Source: Candidatus Latescibacterota bacterium (GTDB taxonomy: Bacteria > Latescibacterota > UBA2968 > GCA-2709665). From it: a DNA stretch of 64,000 nucleotides. The notes beneath the pieces were generated by a model. That model was not told the origin of the DNA. It did not search any database and was given only the letters and a program-made list of their open reading frames with translations. A program made the position numbers and the translations under genes. The stretch lies in the NCBI GenBank assembly GCA_965203805.1, contig OZ241917.1, forward strand, positions 2,528,001-2,592,000, in the 5' to 3' direction. This document shows, piece by piece, positions 19,877 through 29,999 of this stretch; within the stretch, counting starts at the first letter, position 1; every line of letters begins with the position of its first letter.

Positions 19877-21040
19877 TCACCGATAATTCAGCAGGGTATG
19901 GACCGCCCGTTTGAACACGTGGATCGCGCGTCTGGCGGAACCGTGCGGACCCGCCGTGGCGACGTTTGTCTCGTAGAATACACTTGGAATGCCCAGCCTT
20001 CGGGCCATCTGATAGCACATCGTATTCTCGCGATGCACGTTGGCTCTGCCGTGCGTGGACATCCCGTGGGTCTCCAGGCGCATCGTATCGCAGAGGGCCT
20101 GGTACAGCCGGGCGCGATCGGGATTCTCAAAGACCGGATCGACCACCTCGTACCATCCGTCGTAAGGGTATTCGCCGTTCTCCCGCCAGCCCACGAAGGC
20201 ATGGATATTCATCCACAGCGCCGGCCGGTCCGAGAGAAGCTTGTCCCACAGCAGGCGGCTCTCGCGGGCTTCGGGCGCGGCCGCTTCCGGGTCCTCTCCG
20301 AAAGCCCGGTACATGTCCAGTCCCTCGGCGTTGAACGCGTTTTTGCCCATAACGTTTCCGTCGGGATTGACCACGGGCAGGACGTCCACCTGCAACTGCT
20401 CCCTCAGGGAAACAGCATCCGGCACGAGGGACGTGATGAAATCCGCAATGCCCAGCATTCCCCACGTCCCCGAGAATTCGACCGCGTGCTGGCCGGCGAC
20501 GCACAGAATCCGTGGCTTGCCGGGCGTGCCGGCCCGGATTCCGGTGATGTCCCGCCCCTGCACCGATTTGCCAATGGTAAATGCCTCGCAGCGGTCCCCG
20601 CGTTCCTCCGCCAGCTTTCGGATCGTATCCCGGGTATCGCTGTAGGGCGCGGACCACGCGTTCGTGACTCGAATCGTCTCGTCCGCCTTCAGATTCAGGC
20701 GGATCAGCAGGGGTTCCTCCGTATTCCGGACGCGGTCGCGGTCGAGCGGCTTGAATCGGCCCTCGCCCGGGGACCCGACCCACACCGTGGTCGGCAGACC
20801 GGCCACGAATCCCTCAGGTCCGAATCGCGAGTCCGGCCACACTTCAACGGTCACGACCGATACCGGGCCGTCGTTCCGGACGTCAAAGCAGAAGTAGTAA
20901 CAGTAGGTCGCCTTGTCTCCGCCGACCTCCAGCCGAAACCGGTCGATTGCGATCTGCCGGATCTGCTTCGCGTTACCGCATTCGAAATCAGCCGCGATTG
21001 ATATCATCCCGATTCCCCCGCGGAGGCGCATAAACGCCAT
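19877..21040 (-). CDS. M14 zinc carboxypeptidase (cytosolic carboxypeptidase-like)
   Basis: ADFECGN N-domain, GKSVQGRDI, HxxE (QHAVE), PVVNPDG, third ligand NIH; may start at 21010. Confidence 0.85.
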   Translation of the reverse strand: MAFMRLRGGIGMISIAADFECGNAKQIRQIAIDRFRLEVGGDKATYCYYFCFDVRNDGPVSVVTVEVWPDSRFGPEGFVAGLPTTVWVGSPGEGRFKPLDRDRVRNTEEPLLIRLNLKADETIRVTNAWSAPYSDTRDTIRKLAEERGDRCEAFTIGKSVQGRDITGIRAGTPGKPRILCVAGQHAVEFSGTWGMLGIADFITSLVPDAVSLREQLQVDVLPVVNPDGNVMGKNAFNAEGLDMYRAFGEDPEAAAPEARESRLLWDKLLSDRPALWMNIHAFVGWRENGEYPYDGWYEVVDPVFENPDRARLYQALCDTMRLETHGMSTHGRANVHRENTMCYQMARRLGIPSVFYETNVATAGPHGSARRAIHVFKRAVHTLLNYR

Positions 21041-21061
21041 GCCCGCGCGTCATCCATGTAA

Positions 21062-22189
21062 TCAGTAATATCCGGTTCCCACCGGCGGCCGGGCGTACGC
21101 CACCTCGATGCGGCTGGGAACTCCAGTTCGTTTCATCGAATTCACGCCCCTGCATGCCAGCGACTGAACCCCCTCCCGCATCGGCCAGTCGAAACGCTCG
21201 CCGCACGGCTTCCAGGCGCCGTCGTCGAAGCGGATTTCGTAGTGGTCGAAGAACGGCATACAGTGCGAGAGCGTAACCGCCAGCCTGGCGCCGTCCTCGT
21301 CCCAGGAAGGCTGCGTGGAGATGCGCACGAGATTCACCGTCCAGTACACATCCGGGAGATTGGAGGTCCATTGAATGCGGCCGAGCGGTCTGAAATTGCT
21401 CACGAACGTGGGCAGGCATTTGCGGTCCACCCATTCCCAGGTCTGGCGATCCGTCAGTACCCGGACCCGGGCGTAGTAATCCATCACCCGGTTTCGCAGA
21501 AACCTCGCGAACAAATGGCGGTTGACCTCCTCGTCATAGTCTTTCCGGCAGGTGGGGTCCCGGAGCGCGAGACGGACGTGCCTGGCGTCGGGAAAGACGA
21601 ATTCCGGCTGATCCTGCACCATTTCAACCTCATCCGCGGCCCCGTCCAGCCACGCCTCCCGGATCTCCAGCGCGTTCAGCGGCGACCCGTCCCGCTCGTA
21701 GTGGACGTTGATGTCCGGGTCCATCATCACCCACTTCCGGTATTCGTTGGACCAGACCTCCGCTACCGCGTGCCCCACGTTCCACATCGTATAGTCGCGC
21801 GGCGCCTCGCAATCCTCGATGGAGACCGCCGCTCGTCGCGCGGGCCAGCCCAGCGCGGTCGCGGAATCCACGAAGACCCGGGCGTAGGAACCGCAGAAGA
21901 AGCGTTCCCCCCTGCTCACGGCCTCCAGAATCCCGAGTCCATCGTCGACTTCAGGGCGGTTGTACCAGAGCCCGTGGTCCCACTGTTCGCGGACCCATCG
22001 CTTCAATGCCAGGAATCCCTCGAATTCCGTCTCGCAGCCCGCTACGACCTCTTCCAGGCCGTATTCGTCCCTGAGGCGCGTAATTCTGGGAGCATGCGGA
22101 TCACCGTAATCGTGGCAGGTATGATCCCCGCTGAAGTCCGGGACGTCATAGGAGACGACGCGGAACTCTCCAGGACACCTCTGGCTCAT
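21062..22189 (-). CDS. Transglutaminase-like domain protein
   Basis: Cys-His-Asp triad pattern: FCGSYA, GHAVAEVW, KWVMMDPD. Confidence 0.8.
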   Translation of the reverse strand: MSQRCPGEFRVVSYDVPDFSGDHTCHDYGDPHAPRITRLRDEYGLEEVVAGCETEFEGFLALKRWVREQWDHGLWYNRPEVDDGLGILEAVSRGERFFCGSYARVFVDSATALGWPARRAAVSIEDCEAPRDYTMWNVGHAVAEVWSNEYRKWVMMDPDINVHYERDGSPLNALEIREAWLDGAADEVEMVQDQPEFVFPDARHVRLALRDPTCRKDYDEEVNRHLFARFLRNRVMDYYARVRVLTDRQTWEWVDRKCLPTFVSNFRPLGRIQWTSNLPDVYWTVNLVRISTQPSWDEDGARLAVTLSHCMPFFDHYEIRFDDGAWKPCGERFDWPMREGVQSLACRGVNSMKRTGVPSRIEVAYARPPVGTGYY

Positions 22190-22205
22190 GAGATTCTCCC
22201 GCGAG

Positions 22206-23120
22206 TCACCCCGTTCGCACCGGCTTCCCGAGCGCCTCGGCCATCGCACGGACGTGGGATGGGCCGGCGCCGCAACAGCAACCCACGAAGTTGATCCCTT
22301 CCGCCCTGGCCCTCAGCGCGAACGCCGCCATATCGTCGGGGGGGACGCCATTGCTATGCCGGCGGACGGCATAGCCCACGTTTTCCGTATCGGCCGTTTG
22401 TCTGAATGCTTTCGGCTGGCAGGCGATCGGTACATCCACCGCTTCCCGCATCTCGAGCGCCGTCGGCAGCATCTGTTCCGGGTCCCCGATACAGACGGTC
22501 CCCACGATGTCCGCGCCGTCGTCCACGAGGGCGCGGGCACACTCCGCCGCGGTGGCGCCGTCCTTTGTCGCCTTTTTGCTGCCGAGGCCCACGAGCGCCA
22601 TCGTCGGCAGGCCGGTTTTCTTACAGCTTTCCACGCACAGCCGCATCTCGTCCAGACGGGAGAACGTCTCCGGGATCAGGAAGTCGGCGCCGGCGTCGAC
22701 GAGAATTGCGATCTGTTCTTCCCATTCGGCCTGCGCGCGTGCGCCCGACGAAGGATCCTCCGGATCGTAAACCTGTTCTCCCAGACGGGAACCGGTCCTC
22801 GTGGATACGAGACAGCCGCCTACCGGCGTCTCCCAGTCCGATCCCTCCTTGGCCGCCCGAATCCCGGTCCTGTTGATCTCGTCCACGCGGTCTCCCCATC
22901 CGTATTTCTCCTCCAGCTGAGCACTCGAGGTAAACCACGTCAGCGCCTGGAGCACCTCGGCACCCGAATTGTAGAAGTCCCGGTGGATCTGCTGAAGCAC
23001 ATCCGGGTGGGAGCCGATGATGCCGGGCACATCGTAACCTCTCCAGTTCGCCTCCAGGTACATCCCACCGTCACCCAGGACGATCCCCTCGTTCAACATC
23101 TCCATCAGATTCCGCGCCAT
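22206..23120 (-). CDS. Homocysteine S-methyltransferase family protein (BHMT-like)
   Basis: LGDGGM, HRDF...GAEVLQA, ETF, GTVC and GCCCG zinc ligands. Confidence 0.88.
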   Translation of the reverse strand: MARNLMEMLNEGIVLGDGGMYLEANWRGYDVPGIIGSHPDVLQQIHRDFYNSGAEVLQALTWFTSSAQLEEKYGWGDRVDEINRTGIRAAKEGSDWETPVGGCLVSTRTGSRLGEQVYDPEDPSSGARAQAEWEEQIAILVDAGADFLIPETFSRLDEMRLCVESCKKTGLPTMALVGLGSKKATKDGATAAECARALVDDGADIVGTVCIGDPEQMLPTALEMREAVDVPIACQPKAFRQTADTENVGYAVRRHSNGVPPDDMAAFALRARAEGINFVGCCCGAGPSHVRAMAEALGKPVRTG

Positions 23121-23151
23121 AGGGCAAACCTCCTTGTCTAAGGTCGCACCG

Positions 23152-24087
23152 CTACCGTAACTGATAAGGACCCTGCCTGTCCGGCATTGCCGTCGGTTTC
23201 CCGATCGCCTCGGCCATCGCCCGGATATGGTAAGGCAGGGCCCCGCAGCAGGCGCCGATGAAACCGACGCCCATATCCCACGCGTCCCGTGCGTAGTCGG
23301 CCATCTCGCGCCGGGGCTGGTGGCGGAGCTCGAAGTGGACGCTGGAGCCCGAGGCGATCTCCCGGGTGTACTCCGCGCCGTTTTCCAGCACGTACGCCAG
23401 GGGTTGGGCGCAGATGGGCACGGACACGGCGCCCATCATCTTTCGAACGATATCCCGGTACATGTACCACGGCCGCCCGCAATTCACGCCCACCACGTCG
23501 GCGCCATGGTCCACGAGCCGTTTTGCGGCCTCGTCCGGCAGGTACCGGTCCGACGTATACTCCCCCGATTTGTACTCCAGCGTCACCACAACGGGCACCC
23601 CGGCGCTCTTGATGTACGGCATGCCCAGCGACGCTTCTTCCACGGAATAAAACGTCTCCACGATGAACAGGTCGACGCCCGCGTCGGTCTGCTGGCCCAC
23701 CCGCCGTTCGAAGAACGCCTGCGCCTCGCGCCTTTCGTTCGCGGTAATGGGCGACCGCCGCTGGTACGGTCCGACGCCGGCGGGGCTTAGTGTACCCGCC
23801 ACGAGACGATCCGGTCCGGCGGCCTCTCTTGCAAGCTCGACGGCGGTGCGGTGCAGTTCTTCATCCCGGTCCATCCGGCCCACGCCCCAGGTCATGGCCT
23901 GCAGCACCTCGGCGCCCGCCAGCGCGAACTCCCTGTGCAATTGGAGCAGACCCTCCGGGTGGTCCAGTACGGCCCAGGGCACCCCTTTTTCGAAATTGCC
24001 CAGGCATCTCCGTTCGAGCTCCAGATAGTAGCCGCCGTCGCCAAGTACCGGCCCGTCCTTCAGACGATCCAGAAAACCCGATGCCAT
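23152..24087 (-). CDS. Homocysteine S-methyltransferase family protein (BHMT-like)
   Basis: LGDGGY, HREFALAGAEVLQA, ETF, GVNC and GACCG..PYHIRAMAEA. Confidence 0.9.
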   Translation of the reverse strand: MASGFLDRLKDGPVLGDGGYYLELERRCLGNFEKGVPWAVLDHPEGLLQLHREFALAGAEVLQAMTWGVGRMDRDEELHRTAVELAREAAGPDRLVAGTLSPAGVGPYQRRSPITANERREAQAFFERRVGQQTDAGVDLFIVETFYSVEEASLGMPYIKSAGVPVVVTLEYKSGEYTSDRYLPDEAAKRLVDHGADVVGVNCGRPWYMYRDIVRKMMGAVSVPICAQPLAYVLENGAEYTREIASGSSVHFELRHQPRREMADYARDAWDMGVGFIGACCGALPYHIRAMAEAIGKPTAMPDRQGPYQLR

Positions 24088-24152
24088 GATAACGCCTCCT
24101 GCAGGGTCACGGGAGTATGAGACAACGATAACATGCTCTCCGCAATAGACCC

Positions 24153-24473
24153 CACGCCTTTTGTGCTTTTTGTGGCCAATGTCTCTTCAACCTGATTAAC
24201 GCGTAAAGGCAGTTGCCACAAAAGGCCTGCCTGCAGCGCAGGGCACTGCGCAGGCAGGCACAAAAACACAAAAGAAAAACTCAACCCCGGAACTGCTAAA
24301 TGGACACGCACGACGCCAGTATTCGGTCTGAGTGGCGTCGGTCCTGCAAGTGCCGTTTATTACCAGGAGTTGACATTGTGTTGGCTCCGCTTTTCGGGAG
24401 AATGTGGCAAACTATGACGTGCTCCCGTGACACGTTCTTCACCTTCTGTGCCTTTTGTGCTTTTTGTGGCCAA
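24153..24473. repeat. Cluster of GCCACAAAA(G/A)GCACAAAA repeats, one carrying a 33-bp micro-palindrome (24226-24258)
   Basis: ttttgtgcttttgtggccaat near 24160 and 24453; inverse gccacaaaagg|cacaaaaacacaaaag split by cctgcctgcagcgcagggcactgcgcaggcagg. Confidence 0.75.
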
Positions 24474-24474
24474 T

Positions 24475-25716
24475 TCAACGGTCTTCTTTTTTCGAGTTGA
24501 GGTCAATAGGAAAATCGCCGGCTTTTCGCGTTTCCGACGGCCTGAAATCCGGGACCTCCAGGCACGCGTTCCCCTGTTCCACGGACTGAACGGCCACAAT
24601 CGCCGGCGCCGTCAGTTCCGCCGACCGGTAGACGTTCAGCGGCGGGTCCGAGTCGTTCAGAATGGCGTCCAGGAAAGAAGAAAGCGCAAAGTAGTCCATA
24701 TTCCCGTGCCCGCTGCCCCTGGCCGCCTCGGGAAGGTCGTCCGGGGAGAACTCCCACGCCGCTTCCCGCATGGATTCCTCTCCGGAACGCTCCAGCCAGA
24801 TCTTCGGTGTGTCCACTCCCCGGGGACCGCCGTATATCTCCGCGGACCGGGCGGTCTCCACCTTTCCCTTCGTCCCTTCCAGGTGCCACCAGTGATGGTC
24901 CCGGGGCGTCGCGTACGTAAACCCGACCGCCATCCGGATGATCGTATCCTTTTCGGTGTGCATCAACGCCACCTCGATATCCGAGGCGGGAATCCCTTCA
25001 TAATAGTAGCTTTCAGGCCGCGTCCCCATGCACGTGACCCGCGTCACCCGGTCATCCAGAACCGTCAGGATGGGGCCCAGGTCGGTGGCCATGTACAGAA
25101 TCGGGTGCGGAAACCAGTTCCACATTCTGCTCTTCGCGGCCCTCGGATGATCCTCGGCGGCATCCAGATCGATCCGTTCGCCCGTTTCGGAATCGACCCA
25201 GAACCGGTCCGGCGTCATCCCGTGAAGATACTGCCCCTGGGCGAAGATGACATGGCCGAGTTCGCCCTCCCGGACCAGGCGGCGCCATGCCTTCACAAAC
25301 GGGTGGTACATCACCTGTTCCGCCATCTGAAACTTCAGGCCGCTGCGCTCCACCGCCACCACGACCCGCCATAGGTCGTCCATGTCGTACGTCAGCGACA
25401 CCTCGCACGCCGCGTGCTTCCCCGCTTCCATGGCCCGGCAGATCAGGTCCGGCTGATCGTGCGGCGCGGTCACGATCGCCACCGCGTCGATATCCGCCTT
25501 CGCCAGCATCTCCTCATAGTCGGTAAAGCACGCGATATCGGGATCGCCGGCCTCGCGGTACGCCTGCGCCACAAGCGCATCGACCCGGTCGCACAATGCC
25601 GTCACGCGGCACGTCTCGATCCGCAGCAGGTTCTTCATCCACGACAGCCTCCCCCGCGGGCCCAGACCTACGATTCCGATTCGAACCGGTTTCTTTTTGG
25701 GCATCAGATGCCTCAT
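24475..25716 (-). CDS. Gfo/Idh/MocA oxidoreductase, GH109-like
   Basis: GIVGLGPRG Rossmann motif, GKHAACEV, C-terminal GSGHGNMDY resembling GH109 GGHGG. Confidence 0.85.
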   Translation of the reverse strand: MRHLMPKKKPVRIGIVGLGPRGRLSWMKNLLRIETCRVTALCDRVDALVAQAYREAGDPDIACFTDYEEMLAKADIDAVAIVTAPHDQPDLICRAMEAGKHAACEVSLTYDMDDLWRVVVAVERSGLKFQMAEQVMYHPFVKAWRRLVREGELGHVIFAQGQYLHGMTPDRFWVDSETGERIDLDAAEDHPRAAKSRMWNWFPHPILYMATDLGPILTVLDDRVTRVTCMGTRPESYYYEGIPASDIEVALMHTEKDTIIRMAVGFTYATPRDHHWWHLEGTKGKVETARSAEIYGGPRGVDTPKIWLERSGEESMREAAWEFSPDDLPEAARGSGHGNMDYFALSSFLDAILNDSDPPLNVYRSAELTAPAIVAVQSVEQGNACLEVPDFRPSETRKAGDFPIDLNSKKEDR

Positions 25717-25997
25717 TTCCGTTTCATTGACCTTCTGGCTGACCTTTCCCGCCCTGCCGTCTCACGTCTTCCCGCCGTTCGAAGAACGACGCTGCTCAGA
25801 TACCGCAACCGGAACGGAAGGACAGGCTGGTCCCCCTACGTTTTGTCCGTAGTATACTGACAGGTTGCCTGCCTGCGAACAAACTTCCTTTGGAACTAAC
25901 CTCTGGTAGAACAAGAGCTTAATCTCGCCCACAAACTCTTATTTTCTCTTCGTCCTTTTTCTTGTACGCCCAAGAAAAAGGACCAAAAAGAACGGCG

Positions 25998-26030
25998 CCT
26001 GCCTGCCGAGCAGGCTTCGGCGCAGGCAGG
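25998..26030. repeat. CCTGCCTG..CAGGCAGG micro-palindrome (33 bp)
   Basis: cctgcctgccgagcaggcttcggcgcaggcagg. Confidence 0.75.
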
Positions 26031-26261
26031 CCGCTCGGCGCGGGGCCGGTTTTTCCGTGAACCTGCTCAGTGGCGGAAATGGCAATTGGTTGCCCTGTCA
26101 CCGGACCAGTCCGTATCGAACGAAGTTGCTGGACGGAATAGCACGGAAAAACCCCCCACACCTCAACCGGGCGGCAAGTTGATACACCGGTAAGGACAAT
26201 CGCACGGATTCACGGTTCTGCCGCTGATCACTGTCTCTGACGTCCCCTGGGAGCGAGGGCA

Positions 26262-26357
26262 CCTGCCTGCGCAGTGCCCTGCCTGCCTGTGCGTGTACGC
26301 CTGCCTGCGCAGTGCCCTGCGCTGCAGGCAGGCACGCAGACAGGCGCTGCAGGCAGG
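26262..26357. repeat. Triple-nested micro-palindrome (33+30+33 bp)
   Basis: Outer 26262-26281/26345-26357, middle 26282-26299/26333-26344, inner 26300-26332; rejoined outer equals inner. Confidence 0.85.
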
Positions 26358-26547
26358 TCCTGCCCTCGACGCGCCGTCGCTGCATTCGTAGGGGCGACTT
26401 TCAAAGTCGCCCGGATTACGGCGCTGACGTCAATGGTTCGGTCCTGGTTCAAGCTGATGGCTGACCGCTGATAGCTGCCTTTTGCTGCTCTTCAAAGAGA
26501 AACGGCAGCCGGATATCAGGCTGCCATTTATTGATCGGAAAATGCGG

Positions 26548-27153
26548 TCAGCGAGTGCCATGGGGATCCTCCGAAACCAGGTAGTCATCGTGCCTGGAGG
26601 AGACATCCGGCTCAGGACCCTTACTTGCGCCAACGAACTGCATCAGCTTGCGCCTCTCTCTGACCTTTCGCGGATTAATACCTATGGATACGAGACGCCT
26701 GCTACTGTCGAGATCGAGATATACGCCTCGAATCACCGAAACGCGTTCGTGAACTTCGGCGTTGCTCTCAGTGACCTGTACGGTGGACTTCGACTTGTAC
26801 GATCCGGGGGACTTGCCGAGAATCATCCTGATCAGGCTCTTTAGTCTTTCGTAATCTGCTTCTTCAGGCAGGTTATCGTCCAAGATCAGGGCGGCACAAT
26901 GTTGTAGGCCCCTGGCTGCTTCGTCAGTTGTGACCAAACCCCTATTTAGCTTTTCGAACACTTCCGCCAGCCCTGCACGGTGGAAGGCGATTTCCTGTTC
27001 CGTAAGTCCGAAGAGCGACCTTCCCCTGCCACCTCCAGGAGGTTGCTCCGGAAGAAGGTCTACTGCCCCCGGCAAAAATTCACGAAAGCCCTTCGGGTCT
27101 TCCCTGTACCGAGCCTGGAGGAGTTCGATAAGGCGTCTTTCCTGTATCTTCAT
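26548..27153 (-). CDS. Hypothetical protein with VapB-like antitoxin tail
   Basis: MKIQERRL... directly after MNT; ends KLMQFVG...DVSSRHDDYL, typical of VapB C-termini. Confidence 0.55.
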   Translation of the reverse strand: MKIQERRLIELLQARYREDPKGFREFLPGAVDLLPEQPPGGGRGRSLFGLTEQEIAFHRAGLAEVFEKLNRGLVTTDEAARGLQHCAALILDDNLPEEADYERLKSLIRMILGKSPGSYKSKSTVQVTESNAEVHERVSVIRGVYLDLDSSRRLVSIGINPRKVRERRKLMQFVGASKGPEPDVSSRHDDYLVSEDPHGTR

Positions 27154-27166
27154 TGGTCCCACCCAG

Positions 27167-27535
27167 TTACGATCGTGGACCGACCAACCAGACTGTTTCT
27201 TCCAATAGGACAATGGCGAAACGGCCTCCGCCTTCGCACAGCGTCTGCCATTCCTCAGCAGTGTAGACAAGTAGATCGGTGGGTACGACCAGGGTGTGTG
27301 TCGGCCAGGACCGCGCACGCTCGAAAAATGGAGCGGGACTGTTCTCCACCACCGCCACCAGGTCGAGATCACTGCCGAAACTCGCGTCCCCTCGAGCATA
27401 GGATCCGAAATATCCCAATGCCAACAGGTCCCCGCGCTCTTCAGACTGATCCGTGCACCAGCGGCGAAGCCCTTCAATTACAGTTTCACTCCCCGGCCAA
27501 CGCTTGACGGACGAAGTTGAGGATGTCACCGGCAT
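27167..27535 (-). CDS. Minimal nucleotidyltransferase (MNT antitoxin)
   Basis: FGSYARGD...SDLDL motif; overlaps HEPN gene. Confidence 0.88.
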   Translation of the reverse strand: MPVTSSTSSVKRWPGSETVIEGLRRWCTDQSEERGDLLALGYFGSYARGDASFGSDLDLVAVVENSPAPFFERARSWPTHTLVVPTDLLVYTAEEWQTLCEGGGRFAIVLLEETVWLVGPRS

Positions 27536-27875
27536 ATCTCAATCCTTGATCGCTCTGCAACGGTCCGTAGTGTTCGTAGGGCGCCCCTTCAGGGTGCCCG
27601 TTCGGGTAGCGTGTCGATACGTAGTAGTTGTCGAGGGCCCGCCCTTGCTCGACAATCTGCTCCGGCGGCGCTTCAGGGAGTTCCGACAGGAGGCGGGCGA
27701 CAACGTGGCCCCATGCCTCCTGTCCCATTGAGAGATGGAGCGCTTTGACGGCTTTTTCAGCGGCCTGGTGAGCGGCGAAGCAGGCCCAGTCGTGACGGCC
27801 GTCATTGCGTGAAGCCGTTGCCTGTTCAAGATCGTGCTCCGCCTGGGCGAGCCAATCCCGCCATCGCTGCGCCAT
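27486..27875 (-). CDS. HEPN domain protein
   Basis: DWLAQAEHDL, WACFAAHQAAEKAVKA, WGH, LDNYYVSTRYP. Confidence 0.9.
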   Translation of the reverse strand: MAQRWRDWLAQAEHDLEQATASRNDGRHDWACFAAHQAAEKAVKALHLSMGQEAWGHVVARLLSELPEAPPEQIVEQGRALDNYYVSTRYPNGHPEGAPYEHYGPLQSDQGLRYAGDILNFVRQALAGE

Positions 27876-28175
27876 CCTGCCTCTCCATCCCTGGTTGCAC
27901 ATTGTCCGGATGCGTCTGAATCCGGCGGCCCATGCCGCGCCGATTTCCGATCCTGCGATAGCCCCCTGGTGCATAAAAATGAAAATATCCCTAATCGAAG
28001 ACTTAAGCAAGGGGAAATGGTTACGCGGCCGCCGTCCGTCGGAAGATAAAGCATTGACGTCGGGTTTGCCGATATTTAACTTATCGACTACAATCAGGTA
28101 GCGCGCCACGCTCAGGGGATTCTGCGCGCCTCCGCCCTCGAAAGTGGAGAAATTGAACTCGGAAGGAGATTGTTT

Positions 28176-28406
28176 ATGAGATCATTCGAGAGGATCACCA
28201 TCGATCCAGCGGTCATGGGCGGAAAGGCATGCATTCGTGGTCTGCGCGTTACGGTTGGTACCGTCATCGGGCTTTTGGCAGCCGGACGCTCACGTGACGA
28301 AATCCTCAAAGCATATCCCTACCTTGAACGAGAGGATATCGACCAATCCCTGGCCTACGCCGCGTGGCGGCTCGAGGAGAGGGAGGTACCGCTCTCTACA
28401 TCATGA
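28176..28406 (+). CDS. DUF433 antitoxin
   Basis: RITIDPAVMGGKACIRGLRVTV...EILKAYPYLEREDI. Confidence 0.92.
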   Translation: MRSFERITIDPAVMGGKACIRGLRVTVGTVIGLLAAGRSRDEILKAYPYLEREDIDQSLAYAAWRLEEREVPLSTS

Positions 28407-28771
28407 GACCGTTGCTCCTACTTGACATGAACCTTTCGCCAGCGTGGGTGGAGGTGCTGAAAAAGCGCGGATGGCTTGCTGTCCACTGGAGTGCTGTAGG
28501 CGATCCACACGCGAGTGACCGGGAGATTATGGATTGGGCTGCGGAGCACGAATACGTCGTTTTTACCCACGATCTGGACTTCGGCACAATGCTTGCGTTG
28601 TCGCATGCAAACGGGCCCAGCGTGTTGCAAATCCGCGCCGAGGACATTTTGCCCGATCATCTGGAATCCTCAGTCATCGCTGCCCTGAACCAGCACGAAC
28701 GTGACCTGGCTTCGGGCGCTCTTGTGGTCGTCGACGAAAGCCGGAGTCGAGTCCGGGTGTTGCCAATTTGA
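28403..28771 (+). CDS. DUF5615 PIN-like toxin
   Basis: LLLDMNLSP, ASDREIMDWA, VFTHDLDFG; ATGA overlap with DUF433. Confidence 0.9.
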   Translation: MRPLLLLDMNLSPAWVEVLKKRGWLAVHWSAVGDPHASDREIMDWAAEHEYVVFTHDLDFGTMLALSHANGPSVLQIRAEDILPDHLESSVIAALNQHERDLASGALVVVDESRSRVRVLPI

Positions 28772-28968
28772 ATGTCGATCAGGGCATCGAACCAACTTGG
28801 GTGGTGGGCTCCAGGTTGAGTGAATCAGCCTGGACTACGTTGTAATTGTTATTTCGATGGCGAATACGAAAAGCCGAAACTTGCTTGCCTGAAAAGGTTC
28901 CTGTATCTTATGAATAAGCGGTAGTTTATCACTTTCCCCTCATTGGTTGAAAAACGTGGGAGAGGCGC

Positions 28969-29295
28969 ATGTCCGCCACAGTTTTTACTGTTTTGTGTGT
29001 TCAAAAATCTGGTTATTGGTTTGCTCAGTGTTTGGATCACAATATCGCAGCAGAAGGTTCAACCATTGAAGAAGCCAAACAAAACTGGGCTCAACTATTC
29101 GAGAGTCATTTGCGTGTTGCTGAGAAATTAAAAATAGAGCCGTTCACAAACATCGGGGAAGTGCCAGAAAGATATATTGAGTTGCATAGGGAAAAATGTG
29201 AAGTTGAAAAACAGGAACCTGTTCCCTTGCAAATGACTGTGAACGACCATAAGGATGTAATTTTAACTGATGCGGCACGAGCGGTATTTGTTTGA
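28969..29295 (+). CDS. HicB-like antitoxin (no adjacent toxin seen)
   Basis: WFAQCLDHNIAAEGSTIEEAKQN HicB pattern; GGAGAGG RBS. Confidence 0.65.
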   Translation: MSATVFTVLCVQKSGYWFAQCLDHNIAAEGSTIEEAKQNWAQLFESHLRVAEKLKIEPFTNIGEVPERYIELHREKCEVEKQEPVPLQMTVNDHKDVILTDAARAVFV

Positions 29296-29521
29296 AAATA
29301 TAGAGCAGATTGAGCCGGTTTGTTTCGGTACTGTCAGACGAAAAACCTCGATGGACGTCTCATCGGGGTCTTTTCTTGTGCCGAACAGGATGCCGTAACC
29401 GTCGCAGAATGCTACACTCATTTGGACATCGTGAATCCCGGCGGCAGACCACGCGATTATCCTGCCGTTATTTCTTCCTTTTTCCTTCTTCCTTTTTCCT
29501 TCTGCCATCATACTTTTCCCT

Positions 29522-29941
29522 TTGCTCACGCTGGTGCATGAGCGGGCATTACTCGCCACGACCAACCAAGATACCGACCAAGTTACCGGACAAGATAAGT
29601 CATTGAAAAATAAGGGGATAGGTCAAGACACCCTACAAGACACCCAACAAGATACCCCACAAGATACCGACCAAGTCACTGACCAAGTCGAGCAACTGGT
29701 CGCTGTACTCACTGGAGAGATGAGCCGTGCCAGTATCCAGGCACGATTGGAACTCAAAGACCGACCCCATTTCATCGAGTCGTACCTGAAGCCTGCCCTG
29801 GAGGCCGGATTGATTGAAATGACGCTCCCGGACAAGCCAACGAGCCGCCACCAGCGCTACCGCCGCACTTCTAGAGGCGAGACATTCGTTGAACAGACCA
29901 AGGGAAAAACGAAGAATGAAGAATCGCGGGATGGAGAATAG
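29522..29941 (+). pseudogene. C-terminal wHTH fragment of Fic/ATP-binding-type protein with 12-bp tandem repeats
   Basis: QDTx/QVTD repeats, then YLKPALEAGLIEMTLPDKPTSRHQRY; no N-terminal catalytic domain. Confidence 0.65.
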
Positions 29942-29999
29942 AGGTTATTTACATTGATCCTGCATTCTTCCTTCTTCCTTTTTTTCTTCGGAGAAGCTC

